A stretch of 64,000 nt of DNA. Origin: Amoebidium appalachense. Its lineage: Eukaryota; Protista; Ichthyosporea. The notes beneath the pieces were generated by a model. It was not told the origin of the DNA. It saw nothing but the letters and a program-made list of their open reading frames with translations, and did no database searches. The stretch lies in the NCBI GenBank assembly GCA_963693365.1, contig CAVNZM010000012.1, positions 3,893,909 through 3,957,908 of the forward strand, in the 5' to 3' direction. This document shows positions 1 to 21,377 of the stretch, piece after piece; position 1 is the first letter of the stretch; every line of letters starts with the position of its first letter. The position numbers and the translations under genes were made by a program.

Positions 1-243
1 CCTTTTGTATTAGAGATATACTGTGTAAACAGTCAAATCGGAAGTGGAAAGCACGGAAGTAGGCTAAGGAAAAGGGACATCGATTACTTTTTTTTTCTCT
101 TCATCATATCTTCCTACACAAATTCGAGGGTTGTGATATTTCGTCATCCGTTCTCTCTCTTCGTATCGCCATTTTTGTTTACAAATGGGTTGTACTTCCC
201 GGCTTTTGCGTCGAAATTTTTCGTTCGATTTCGGTTTTTCGGC

Positions 244-1116
244 ATGGATATTGTAGAGCACCACCCCGGGGGTTTCTCATGCACTGCAGACTGCCTGCCT
301 GGAGACGTGTCCACCATTGCTCCTCAGTGCTACCAGCCACAGCGCAGGGGCGTCATTCAACAGGTATGCAAATAACACGGTTCTGGTGTGCTAGGATGTG
401 TTATAGGTGCGTGACATTTGCGTGTATGTTGTTAGTTTGGCAATACACCTTTCAACATATGTTCGTTGGGGAGTAGCACCTATTAATTGGTGGGTTCCGG
501 CCGAACACTGACGTGTGGAGGGGGGGGGGCTGCCCTCCCTCCCTACTGTTCCATGCAGAGGTTCTGCGTTGATCCGTCCACGGGGGTAGTTCGGCCCGAT
601 GTGCGGCCCTCCGTTGAGCGATCCACCCTGCAGTTTCCCTGGTATGTGTTCCACTACATTGCACGTCTTGATGCAACATCACGATGAATCCACATACACC
701 ACGGCACATGGACTGTTTGGGTGTTTGCATAGGTAATATGCTTTATATGCTTACGCTAGTATACATGAGGTGTGTGATGTAGTAGTGTGTGTAGGGGAAC
801 GGGCGGTTAGGGTTTGTATGGTGCGGGTGGTGGATGGGGAAAGGGGGGGGAGATGCTAGTATTGCTGAGGGTGTGAGATGGTGTGTTTGTGGGTGGGGGG
901 GGGGGGGGGGGGGGGGGTGGAGGTCGATGGGAGGTGGAAGATTAGGGAGAAACACAAGTGTGTTTCGATGTTGTGGAATAGTTCAGTGAGTGATTTGAAA
1001 GTTTTAGCCGATTACTGACTGTGACTGGGGGGTGGGCCTACACCGTCAAACCGTCTGGGAGGGTACGTGGGAGGCTACCATGTAAAGGTGAGTGTCCTGT
1101 AGCACGCACGCATGCA

Positions 1117-1167
<51 letters not shown>

Positions 1168-1982
1168 CTACATGTAAGATCCTTTTCCCCCCTGTCCCGG
1201 TTTAGTCCTTTCCTCTCGTGGCCGGTGCCCGTGTCACCACATTTGTGTATATGGTGTGTATCATGCTGTACAAGATTGTGTTGTGTTGGTGCCCGTGTCA
1301 CCACATTTGTCACCACATTTGTGTTCGTGCAGTCCCACCTTGTAAGAATGGTCTTAGGTTGTGTATGGGGTGCCCGTGACACCCTCTAGCCCTCGGTGCG
1401 CGTGACACCATGTTTTAGGCCAACCAGATCCGTTCTTTCTCTCTCTGAGGCGCTCGTGACGTCTCTTTAGCCCTCGGTGCTCGTGACGTGACACCATGTG
1501 AATATATCGCAATGCGGATCCGGTGCTCGTGACACCACGTTTTTTGTGTTTCCGGTGCCCGTGACACTTTGGGATGTGTTTTCTGTTTTGTGTGTGTCAC
1601 CATGTTGTTTCCTCGGTGCTCGTGACACCACGTGTCCAAGGTGCTCCTGACATATGGAGGTGGGTTTTTTAGTCTGGGTGTGGATGTTGTTTTCAATTCA
1701 TGGAGATGGGGTTTTTTTTAATCTTGGGTGTGAGGTTTTTTACATCTCGTTAGTATTGTGTGTTTTCAATTCATGGAGATGGGGTTTTTTTTTAATCTTG
1801 GGTGTGAGGTTTTTTACATCTCGTTAGTATTGTGTGTTTTCAATTCATGGAGATGGGGGTTTTTTTAGTCTTGGGTGTGGGGGTTTTTTACTCTCCCGAC
1901 AGATGTACTCTCCTTCGGTCGTGTCTTCTTGGGTGCCTGTTTTCTCGTTCTTCCTTCCCCGTCTGCCCTGTTTCTGCCCCAC
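244..1982 (+). CDS. Possible spliced gene of unknown function (candidate exons 244-363, ~559-641, ~1008-1062, ~1903-1982)
   Basis: Phase-compatible GT-AG exons read MDIVEHHPGG...VIQQ|RFCVDPSTG...QFPC|RLLTVTGGWAYTVKPSGR|MYSPSVV...; donors GTATGC, GTATGT, GTACGT. No recognisable domain. Confidence 0.25.
1224..1655. repeat. Dispersed array of about 10 copies of GGTGC(C/T)CGTG(A/T)CACC, with two more at ~2351-2397
   Basis: Copies read directly near 1224, 1288, 1369, 1395, 1449, 1476, 1522, 1554, 1615, 1640, 2351 and 2382. Confidence 0.8.
1689..1890. repeat. Tandem repeat, ~73-bp unit x ~2.7
   Basis: GTTTTCAATTCATGGAGATGGGG starts at 1689, 1762 and 1836. Confidence 0.9.
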
Positions 1983-2090
1983 GTACTTCACTACATGCTG
2001 CTTGTGACTGGGCTGGTTTCTACCTCACCACTGCCCTGCGCTACACTGCACCACCCTGTCACACCTCTTCCGGCCACACGAGAGACAAGA

Positions 2091-2185
2091 TCTGCACCCC
2101 AAATCCCTCTACTTACACTGTCCTGCCTAGCCCTTGTCTGCACCCCAAATCCCTCTACTTACACTGTCCTGCCTAGCCCTTGTCT
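2091..2185. repeat. Tandem duplication, 46-bp unit x2
   Basis: TCTGCACCCCAAATCCCTCTACTTACACTGTCCTGCCTAGCCCTTG at 2091 and 2137. Confidence 0.9.
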
Positions 2186-3174
2186 TCCTAGTCTATCCTC
2201 TCTCCCCCCCCCCCCCTCACGTACACAACTCCCCCCCCACCACCCCTCCCTTCTCCCCTCTTCTTTACACACCGTCTTCTTTACACACACACACACACAC
2301 ACATACACACACACACTGTCTTTGGTCTTGGTCTCAAAAAATGTGACATCGGTGCTCGTGACGCCATTATCCTCGTGTATGGGTGCTCGTGACGCCATGG
2401 TTTTGTTACCGTCTTGTGTCGCCAATCTCACGGCAAAGCAAGCAAGCACTGCAAAATGAACACATCTAGACACGCGCAGCACAACACGCATCCCATGCAC
2501 ACACGACGACAGCACTTGCTGCTCGCTGCGTAACATCTAGTGGTCTAGCGAAAGCAAGGCGTGCGCCCCACCCGGCCCTCCTGTTGCTCAGCTTCCCTAA
2601 TGTGCAGCGCTGTCTGTGTAGTGGTGTGTTGTGCGCCAGCGGACTAGTCGCGGCGCCCCCGGGGGTTTGCCCTGGGGTCCAACGTCTCCAAAGAAACTTG
2701 TCGTGCAATACCCCAGTGAGTGCTTGTTAGCACTCAGGGTTGTGGTCTTTGTCGAAAAAGTGCAATAAATAAAAATGTCTTGGTAAATGGATTTACATTG
2801 CCTTGTCGTTTCGTTGGTCCCCCCCCCCACCCCCGACCCTGTCCTAACCCCACCTCTTGTGTCCCCACCCTCTCCACTGTTTCTCTTCCCCCCCCCCCCC
2901 CCCCCCCTCACCTCTTGCGTGTCTAACTCGCCTCTTCCGTCCCCTCTCACTCCCTCCCCACCGTTTCCCCTCAAAATCAACTGTCGCCCCCCCCCCCACC
3001 CTCTCCCCACACCACACCCTCCTCTTTCTCCCCCCCCCCCCCCCCCCCAACCACCACCACGTACACGGTCACACACACACGACCATGTGCACTACACTAA
3101 CCGAACAACTCCTTCAGACTTATTGCAATAACACTTCATTCACAAGCACACACTTCACTTCACTTCACAAGCAC

Positions 3175-3810
3175 ACACATGCATCCCTTCCCCAACCATG
3201 TTTCGCCTTGCACCTGCTCTCTTGCTTTTTATGCACCCCACACCAGCCTAACTTACGTCTTGCACCTGCTCTCTTGCTTTTTATGCACCCACACCAGCCA
3301 CACACATGCATCCCTCTCTCAACCATGTTTCGTCTTGCACCTGCTCTCTTGCTTTTTAAGCACCCACACCAGCCTAACTTACGTCTTGCACCTGCTCTCT
3401 TGCTTTTTATACACCCACAGCCTAACTTAAGTGTCTAATCGATTTTCAACACCCCCCCGCAGGGGCCTCTCCCCCAAATCCCCACCTCCACCCACACTCA
3501 CCCACAACACGTATCTCACATGCATCTCTCTCCCTCCAAACATGCATCTCTCCCCGGGCTCTCAAACATGTTTCGTTTTGCATCTGGTTTTCTCTAACCG
3601 GTGTTCACCTTCCCTCCCTTTCTCTCTCTAACCGGTATTCACGAAGTTCCCTCCCTTTCTCTCCTCCCCCCCTCCTTCCCTCTCACACCCTATCCCGGGT
3701 TTCGTTTTGCATCTGGTTTTCTCTAACCGGTGTTCACCTTCCCTCCCTTTCTCTCTCTAACCGGTATTCACGAAGTTCCCTCCCTTTCTCTCCTCCCCCC
3801 CCCCTCCCCC
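3175..3810. repeat. Nested tandem duplications (CTTGCACCTGCTCTCTTGCTTTTTA x4, plus a 129-bp direct duplication at 3570/3699)
   Basis: Repeat units read directly from the sequence. Confidence 0.85.
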
Positions 3811-4229
3811 CCTCCCCCCCTCCCCCCCTCCCCTCCGTCCCTCCCTCCCTCCCTCCCTCTCACCCTATCCCGGATCCCCCACACATGCACACACGTTTTG
3901 TGGGCGCGTAGGCGCGCGTGTGCATACACGTGTCTTGTGTACTTGTGTGTGTAGTGTTCCGGATGTGTCTGACTGGTAGACTGGACACTCACCAAATTAA
4001 AAGGTGGGGAGCTTTTATGTGTGTGCACTGTGTGGTGGTGGTTGTGGTTGTGGTAATGGTGGTGGTTGGGGGGGGGGGGGGGGGGGGGGGGGGGCTGACA
4101 AATTTAAACGTGCAGTTGGAATTGGGCGGAGCTCGAGGGGAGGAGACAAATTCGACAGGGAGGTGCCATAGGAAGGGACACGTGCAGATGTGATTGAGGG
4201 GGCCTCGGTGTGGGGGGGAAGTGTGTGTG

Positions 4230-4271
<42 letters not shown>

Positions 4272-5071
4272 CATGTGGAGGGGGAGAGGGGGGGGGGGGG
4301 TCCCGGAGGGAAGGGGAGGGGGGGAGGCGGGGACACGTGCAGACATGGGGATGGGATTGAAGGACGGTGGGGGGCCCCGAGTGTGTGTGTGTGTGTGTAT
4401 GTATGTATGTGTGCGTGTGTGTACATGTGCGTGTGTGTGTGTGTGTTGGGATGGGGGGGGGGGGGGGGGGGGCGGTATTCTCGCGTTTCTTGCACACACG
4501 TGTGACACGTGCCCACAGGCGCGCACACAGGCGATGGTGAGTCACGTGCAGCACACACACACACGAAGACACACGTGTCATGCATGTGCATGCGTGCCGT
4601 GGTGTGGACGGGGTACTTCATGATGGGGTCACCGTGTGGTGCACGTGGGTGGGGGTGGGTACTCAAGTTAATAACACATACACGCACAAGCGCACGCGTG
4701 CCCATGCACAGAAACTGAACACACACACAGTCACACATACACACACACACACACACAACACACAGTCACGCACACACACACAGTGTCTCGTTGTGTACAC
4801 CTTTGTATATTCGGGTGTGTGGGCGGGGGGTGGGTGGGTACCCCAGTAGTCCCGGACGAAGTTTACAGTTTATGATGACACACACCACAAGCACGCACAC
4901 ACACAGCACACCCACACAGCCACATACACACTCACTGGTGTGTGCGGGTGTGTGTACATGTGTGGACTGTGTGTGTGTGGGGACTAGTGAGCGTGTGCGT
5001 GTGGGCTGTATGTGTGTGTGTGTGTGTGTGCGTGACTGTGTGTTGTGTGTGTGTGTGTGTGTGTATGTGTG

Positions 5072-5104
<33 letters not shown>

Positions 5105-5167
5105 CTGTGTGTGCGTGCGCGTGTGGTGGGTGGGTGGGTGGGTGGTGGTGGTGGTGGTGGTGGTGGT

Positions 5168-5226
<59 letters not shown>

Positions 5227-5371
5227 TAATGTTTTTTGCCTTCCCGGACGATTTGTAGCTGAGGCATGCGCACGCACGTCCACATGAATATGTGTGAGTG
5301 GGTGTGTGCGTGGGTGGTTGGGGAGTGGATGTGGGGAGCCTCCAGGGGGGGGGGAGGGGGAAGGAGGAGAC

Positions 5372-5402
<31 letters not shown>

Positions 5403-5900
5403 GGGGGGGGGGGGAGAGGATTTATAGGCTGACTGATTTTCGAAGTTTGAGTGGGTAACACAAGGGTTGTAGTAATTGGGAAATTCGGCCTAAAGAAACA
5501 GTTCCATTTATTTATTTATTTATTGCCGGGAATAATCCTCCAAACGTCATTTGACCATATACATACATGGTTACCGTGGGAGTTTCATTCGTGGATGTGT
5601 ACAAACCAAAATAACCGTTTACTACTACTTTTTGATGGTTTGTGTTTCGATAAGAATATCAACTTGTTCAGTACAGACTGACAGTTAAAATCCCACACAA
5701 GCGGCAGAAATGAATACGGAATTGTGGTCAAACGTACTAGCAACGAGTCTGTGTTTGCAATTCAGTATCACATCTGCACGTGTGCCTGTGTGTGCGCGCG
5801 TGCGCGCGTGCATGTGTGTGACACTGTGTTTGTGTGTGTATGTGTGCGCGCGCGCGCGTGCGCCTGTGAGTGTACATGTGTATGTACACGTGCGTGTGCA

Positions 5901-5958
<58 letters not shown>

Positions 5959-6153
5959 GGGGGGTTCGTACATGTGCAGGATAATGTGCGCGTCAACGTT
6001 ATATGGTAAACAAAACTGCATAATATCATTCGTTAGCCAAACTACACACCCGTCGGTGGTCATAAACTGTTCTACCCTAAAAATGAAGAAGAGATAGGGT
6101 GGGCCGGGGAAGAGGTGAGGGTGTGTGTGCATTCCCCGGGGAGGGGGAGGGGC

Positions 6154-6184
<31 letters not shown>

Positions 6185-6302
6185 AGGGGAGGGCTACATA
6201 GATCATTCAACCTATGCCCCAACACACCTCTTTCAAAAATTGGAATGTAGGTGGACAAAACGGGCGGGGCGGGGGGAGGGGGGGGGGGGGGGGGAGAATG
6301 TG

Positions 6303-11849
<5,547 letters not shown>

Positions 11850-12324
11850 CTTTTAAAAAAAAACAGCTTTCATATTCTAGTGGCAACAAAAGACACTGAC
11901 ACTTAAAAGCTCCGAGCGAGTGAGAGTGATGGTTTGTTTGGTAGGTGTAGGAGCATGTGTACGCTCCAGGCCAATGTACATCGCCAGCTTGATGTAGAGG
12001 AACAAAAATTGCACGAAAGGTCGTATGTTTCGTGGTTAGTGATTGTACGAAAGATCCTATGTTTCGTGTGAAAGTCTTGCTTGGCCAGTGGGTACGTTCG
12101 TGTAGGTGCTGGTGTACGTGTCAATGTTGACATGCAGGCTGATGCCAAGTGTGCCCCGGCACACACCTGCACCACTGTGGCACTAGGCACACACAAGCGC
12201 ACACGCTCACGCACATATACACACTGACACACAGCTACACAACCCACGGTTGTTATACTAGGTGTAGTACATACATTCTCACCACCGTGAAAGCACTTTC
12301 ACTCATCCCCATGTTGTATCATAG

Positions 12325-12550
12325 GAACACGTCAATAACGTTCGGAACTCGATGAGGCAGCACCCGGACATGCCCACGTACCCCCTCGTCCTCAACCTTA
12401 GCCAGAAGGATGCCAATCTCTACGGTCTTGGTGACCTTGAGAATGCCCAGCGCGACAAACATTGGCTTCAAGGGGAAATCCAGAAGATGCAGGAGAAATT
12501 GGACCCTGAGGTAAGTTGCAGCCCCCCCCCCCCCCCCCCCCCCACCCCCT

Positions 12551-12581
<31 letters not shown>

Positions 12582-13250
12582 CCCCAAACTGATCTCGTAC
12601 CAATCACCTTCACCCCCGCCATCCTCCTCAGTCTATCTCGGAGCTCCCTACAGCCACCTCCCTTTTTAACATGCACCAGCACAAAACTGTCACGTATCCC
12701 CCCATCTGTACAGTTCGTAGGGGTGATCCATATATATGTATACATGCAGCTTCCCGGGTTAGGCCTAGTTGTTGGAATAATCGGGAAATTATCTGCAAAG
12801 AAATATATACTTACACACACACATTGACCGGGTCATGCATTTGCACATTGTGCATGTTCTCCTTTCCTTGTGACTTCTGTCCTAACCTTTGTCCAAACAG
12901 GGATCGGCTGCTGTTGAAATACCCCTAATTGGGGGGAATGATCGGCCGTTTGGTTGCATGGGCGGCCAGCACACCGTTTGCGCTGTGGAGTCCCTCGTCC
13001 AACACATGGGGGATGACATTCTGGATCACCCGGCCCTCCTCAAAAAACTGGTGCTATCGGCATATGTAATGTTCCCCGATTCTTGCCTCCCTCACGTAGC
13101 CCTCCCTCATCCAACTTTACCCCCCCCCCCCCCCCCCCCACACACACACCCATTTAACCCCTGCAGGTGCACTACAACGATCTATCATGGTTAACTCCCC
13201 CTCCACCTCAGGAATGTCACACCTCCGACCCCGTGCAGAAGGGGGGGAAG

Positions 13251-13284
<34 letters not shown>

Positions 13285-13876
13285 TACAAAAAAAGTCTTA
13301 GACCATAATTCATTGATTTTCCACTTAGCTTTTGCGCCCTTTGAATCGTAATCGTTTTTATATCATGATGAAACATTTTGCATTGATTTTTTTGTTAAAA
13401 AAAACGTGGGGGGTTTGTGGGAAGGCACGTGCAAAATCTCGTAGGCCCACGGTTTCCCCCTTGCAATGACTGGCCGTACTAAGGGGGAGGGGGGAGGGGG
13501 CAGGGGGGAGGGGGGCAGGGGGGAGGGGGGCAGGGGGGAGGGGGGCAGGGGGGGGAGGGGGGGGGTTGCAGCTGATGGATTGTGTACTGTCTGCCTCCCC
13601 TGACTTGCACACAGCCAAGCACACCACACGGCATTTCTTAACATCAGGCACCCGATTGCGCAGGTCTACTACAACCTGACAAAGGACGAGATGCGCCTGG
13701 TCGGGGCCCACCACAACAAGATCCAGACGATGAGCATGGAGCTGAGCATGTTTATTCGGCTCGAGAACGGCCGTGAGAAGATCAAAGAGGTGCTCGGCAT
13801 CCCACCCAACAAGCCCCTCGGTCCGGACGCGTATGTGCGCATCAAGGCCTTGAAGGATGGGGGATTGCTTAAGTAA
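12325..13876 (+). CDS. Spliced gene with putative ParB/sulfiredoxin-like domain. Exons 12325-12510, 12901-13065, 13664-13872; 5' and 3' ends unresolved (possible further exons at ~11955, ~14270, ~14421-14610, ~15006, ~15411)
   Basis: Three consecutive exons joined by phase-0 GT-AG introns, with GC3-rich codons: EHVNNVRNSMRQHPDMPTYPLVLNL...DPE|GSAAVEIPLIGGNDRPFGCMGGQHTVCAVESL...SAY|VYYNLTKDEMRLVGAHHNKIQTMSMELSMFIRLE. The domain call is my motif inference only. Confidence 0.7.
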
Positions 13877-14126
13877 ACAGACCCCCCCCCCCCCCCCCCT
13901 CCCCTTCTCCCCTCTCTCCCGAACTCTCGAACCATGTCCTCCTCTCTCTCCCGGGCGCTTGAACCATTTCCTCCTGCCTCCTGCCCCCCCCCCCCCCCCC
14001 TCCCCCCCCCCCTCCCCCCAGCCTTCCCCTCACACCATCTTCCCCAATTAGGCTCCCTAGACAGAGACAACTTAGCATCCCATCACACACACCACTCCAA
14101 CTGTATACCAGCCCTTCATTCGGCAG

Positions 14127-14165
<39 letters not shown>

Positions 14166-15266
14166 CTTATTAATATCTCCTTCAACCCTGCTTCCCCCTC
14201 CCCCCTCCCCCCCCCCCCCCCCCCCCGGCGCCTATTGATATCTCCTTCAACCACACCCTGCTTGTAACAGAGTTGCTATTCGTCACGTATAGCAACTCTA
14301 TGTCTACGTGTACGTGTACGTGTGTCTGCCTTTCTGTGGGTAGGCGTGTTGAGGGGGGGGGGGGGGGGGGGGGGGGGAGGGGGGGTGGACATTGTGTACG
14401 TGCATGACTTTGCGGGTTAGGTGTATACTCTGGAAATGACATTGAAGGGTTCCCAATGACGGTCCATGTACATAAACCACGGACGTCACGCGCCAAACAT
14501 CACGGTACACAAACCAGTCACATGCATACGACTGAGGACGATTCAATCAAGGATATGTATGACATTTGCCTGCATCCGCATGCGCGTCTGAACAATCTGG
14601 TTGGGGCTCATTTTTGGCCCTCCTCCGAATCTTTGTTCTGATTGGCCAACTCCTCAAATATGTCCCCGTTGTCATCCTCAAAGAGCTCAAATGATTGGTT
14701 GCTTATCAGCGTTGTCTGCTGAAGTGATTGGAAGCTGGCCCGCCGGGGCCGTTGAGATTTAGGTCCCTGCATGGGGGTTAGGTTAGCATTTTTGGTTATG
14801 TGTTTTACGCAAAGTGCTAGGTGGCAGCGATTAGGTTACCATAATTAGGTATGTGGTGGGGATAGAGGTAAGGTTACAATACACAACACCGGGTTTGACG
14901 ATAGCTATGAGGCGGCAGTGGTTGAAATTACCATTTTTGGATGGGGTTTAATAATTAGTTGATAGATTATACAGTGCCTTACATGGAATGTGTTCATATT
15001 ATTAGATGGAGGTGAATACCGTGAATTCCAACAACATACGGGTTTTATGGGTGTTTGTGGACCTCTCTCGGATCGGATGTGCACGTGCAAATCCCCAGAC
15101 CCTTACCCCCTACCTTCCCCTTTCCCCACACACACTCTCACGCTTCCTGACCCCACACACACCTACGCCCACTCCAACCTCACGTAATACCCGCCCTCCC
15201 TCCCTCCCCCTACCACCCCGCCCCTCTTCCGCCCTCCCCTCCTTTCCCCCCTTCAACCTCCCTCCC

Positions 15267-15330
<64 letters not shown>

Positions 15331-15624
15331 AAAAAAACAAAAAACAAAAAACAAAACACACCCACCCCACCCGATCTGCACCTTCCCGAACTCCACATGC
15401 CGACCTACAGCAAATACTATAAAAGGCAATACCAGAAGATACGGCTATAAACACCTCCTCAAATGCACCTACCAAACAAAAGGCACCCCGCCCAGTAGTT
15501 CACCATCCAAAACATATTCACAGTTGGGCCCATCCACTGCGCACGTGTGCACGCGCGCGTGCCCACACACTGGCACACACGCACACACACACACGCACAC
15601 ACGCACACACAGACACACACGCAC

Positions 15625-15682
<58 letters not shown>

Positions 15683-15789
15683 AACCCACATACACACACA
15701 CAGAAACCCACATACACACACACGCATACACACACACATGCACTCACACACAGACAGACACACACACACATACGCGCGCACACACACAC

Positions 15790-15831
<42 letters not shown>

Positions 15832-16579
15832 CCCTTCCCCCCCCCCCTCCCTTTCCCCCCAACACACACACGCACACACACACACCTCAAGGCCACTTAG
15901 CACTGGGATATCATAATCCACACGTTTGGGTGTGAGGGTGTATGCATATGCATTTGTGGATTTTGTTGTTTTCGAGTTTGTTGGTGACGGGGTGTCACAT
16001 GTACAGCATGTGCAGTGTGTAAATTTTAAGGGCCCGGGTCGGGTTCGTTGGTTCATTGGTTCGAGTGAGAGGAGGATGCGTGGGCAAAGCCCTCCCGCGC
16101 TTTTCCCAAACTTGAACAAAAAGTCTTTATAACAACTGACTCTCTATTCGTTTGTGTAAAACAAACATGCCACATCCAGTCTCTGTGACCCTAAACTTCA
16201 AACAGCTAAATCGAATAATCTTGATATAAGCCAAAGGTGCAAATACGATTTTAAAATCTTTTTTCAAGTTGCCCAGAGTCATATAACTCCCTTGTGCATT
16301 ATTTCGGTCCAGCCGAAAGGAGAGTCTTCCAACAGAAAACCGACAAATTTATGAGTCTTGCGTGCACTAAGAAATTAACAACTTTTTTCATTTTAGCGCA
16401 AGTTCCAAATTGTCTACCAATGCAGCCATGCCTTACAAAGGCTCTTCTCTTTGTTTTCAAAAGAAAAAAGGTAAACCAAGAATCATCCCCCCCCCCCCCC
16501 CCCCAAAAAAAAAAAAAAAAGAAAAGAAAAAAAAAAGAAAAAGAAAGGGAATGAAAAGAAAATGAAAAGAAAGGAAAAA

Positions 16580-19180
<2,601 letters not shown>

Positions 19181-20815
19181 ACACACACACCCTCACGCAC
19201 ACACACACAAAAGCACACACACACACACCACACACACACACACACATACACACACACACATACACACACAGACACACAGACACACGTGCAGAAACCCGAT
19301 TCAGTTTTTCTTTTTTTTTTTTTTTCAGTGAGCTCAGCTGCGGCCGGCCGCCAGCGAGCCCGTACGGTGACGTCACCGAGTGAGCCAGTTCTGCATTGCA
19401 GCCAATCAAAAGCCGTAGCCATGCAGGGTTGGGCTGGGGAAGGTCAGCTTAACCGTATTGTCCTTTGGCCAATCGTAACGGACAGTTTTTTAATCGTAAT
19501 TGGGGGATCTTGCGGATCAGTAAGCCCAGAAAAAACGCCCCTACAGTCGCAAAACTCCAATTACGCGTTTGAACAAATGTAATATCGAATAATTACAAGC
19601 CCTGAACACTTGTCGGGGTTCGATATTGCTTATGAGAAGCGCTGTAGATATGTTCTTGAACAGAAATATTGAAAAAATTAGGTACAGTTAGATATTAGGG
19701 GGCCTTAAAGCATTTATAATGCTATACATCTCATACGAAAGCTGTTACGACGGCACCCTAACCTTATTCGTATCGGGGTCTTTCGTTAATCGCAATTACG
19801 ACGAGTTTTTTTCGTAATCCCCCCGCCGGTAGCCATGACGAAACGGGGGGTAAAACAAGATCTGAAATAGCCAATGAGTAGGCGATGTTAGGAGAATGAG
19901 CGGGGTCACAGGAGCACAAACAAAAAAGCGGTCACTGAACAAAAGGGCAATAAATAAGCAAGATATTACATAGAATCTGAAATCGCGTTGGATGCTCTGT
20001 CACAAATCGTTTCCCTTCATGCTTTGGCCACTCATATACTGTGGTCGAAAGGGCTGATAGTGGGAGACATGACCTTTTTGCCGCATAATCTTGAACTGTA
20101 TTCAACTGTTTCAATTGGTTTTGAGAAAGTTTAAAAAACGGTATGTCACAGATTTGAGTTGCCATATTCATTCCAATGTGCTGGCCCAGAGGTCTATAAA
20201 AGCGTGTAACGGCCGAAATGGGCTCAGTTGTCACTTCAACGTGGTCTAGAACACAGAAATAAAACACAGAACCACACACACACACACAGACACACGTGCA
20301 GAGGCCCGATCCAATTTTTTTTTTTTTTTTTTTTTTCCTGAGCTCAGCTGCGGCCCGCCGCCTGGCCTTTGAAATCCTCGAGCTTGACATACACCCTTCG
20401 ACCGAGGTTGGGCCATATTCGAGGATCGAATCCGAGAATCATTTATCAGATACTGAAGTGGCTTTTTTTTCGCCGATACAAACTGATAGTACACATAGGA
20501 ACCATCCAATGGTCAAAGAGGCTGGCCTCATTTTAGCAGCTTTAAAATGTAAAATGGATCTTCCAGGATTAGGCCGTAGGAGCACCTGAACTTGACTCAT
20601 AGCATAAGAAGATATTGCACGTATATTGATTGTAGCATATGTAATAATTCAGTTCAATAGTATAGAAAAGAAAGATGAAAGATCCCCACTCAAATATATA
20701 CTGATGATGGTTTTCAGCGAAGCAGATTTCTCACACTCTGACCGTAAACTTTTGTGATGTCGTTTTCAAATCAGCTTATTTTTGTTGGCGGGAAATGCAC
20801 ACATGCATTCTTTCC

Positions 20816-20851
20816 GATTGGTCGGCTCCTCAGAGGCTCTCGGTATATAAA
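20816..20851 (+). promoter_or_regulatory. Putative Pol II promoter (inverted CCAAT + TATATAAA)
   Basis: GATTGG at ~20816 and TATATAAA at 20844-20851 in homopolymer-free unique sequence upstream of small ORFs at 21328-21678. Confidence 0.3.
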
Positions 20852-21377
20852 CTATTCTCGATTCCGTCCTACATTTTGAACTCTTTTTGCGTGTGTCAGT
20901 TTGGTCTTTTTGGTGAAAGTCAGCACCGCTCATAAATCCGGTACACCACTAGTTTTCCACAAAAAACTCCGAGGCACCCCTCCCCTTCACCTCCCCTTTC
21001 CTCTTCTGCCTCTCCCCCTTTCTTGTAACACAGGGAGGGGCCTACATTATGCACAACACGTGTGCAAATCTGTTTAGTGCAGGTGTCTAGGTTTCGAGAG
21101 TGCAGACAGAGAAAGATACAAACCCTTTCATTTTTTTTTTTGTTGCTCTTAACAAAAGTGTCAAGAAGAGGTGTCAGTCTCTTGAGGGGGGGGTGTAAGC
21201 CTTACATGTAGGGGAGTCAACATTTCACACACATTCAACACTTCTGTCTTATGTTACTCTGAAGTTGTTGGGTCTACACCGCTACTTTACCTGAGAACTA
21301 AACCTCGGTGGGGCAATTTGTGAGCTTGTGGCAGAGAAAAGAGGCGAGACAGCCAGGCGGTACAAACGGAGAAGACC

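Noticed and set aside
2466-5461. Possible minus-strand spliced gene (unique islands with GT followed by poly-C near 4098 and 5430)
   Set aside because: I could not build a phase-consistent, recognisable protein.
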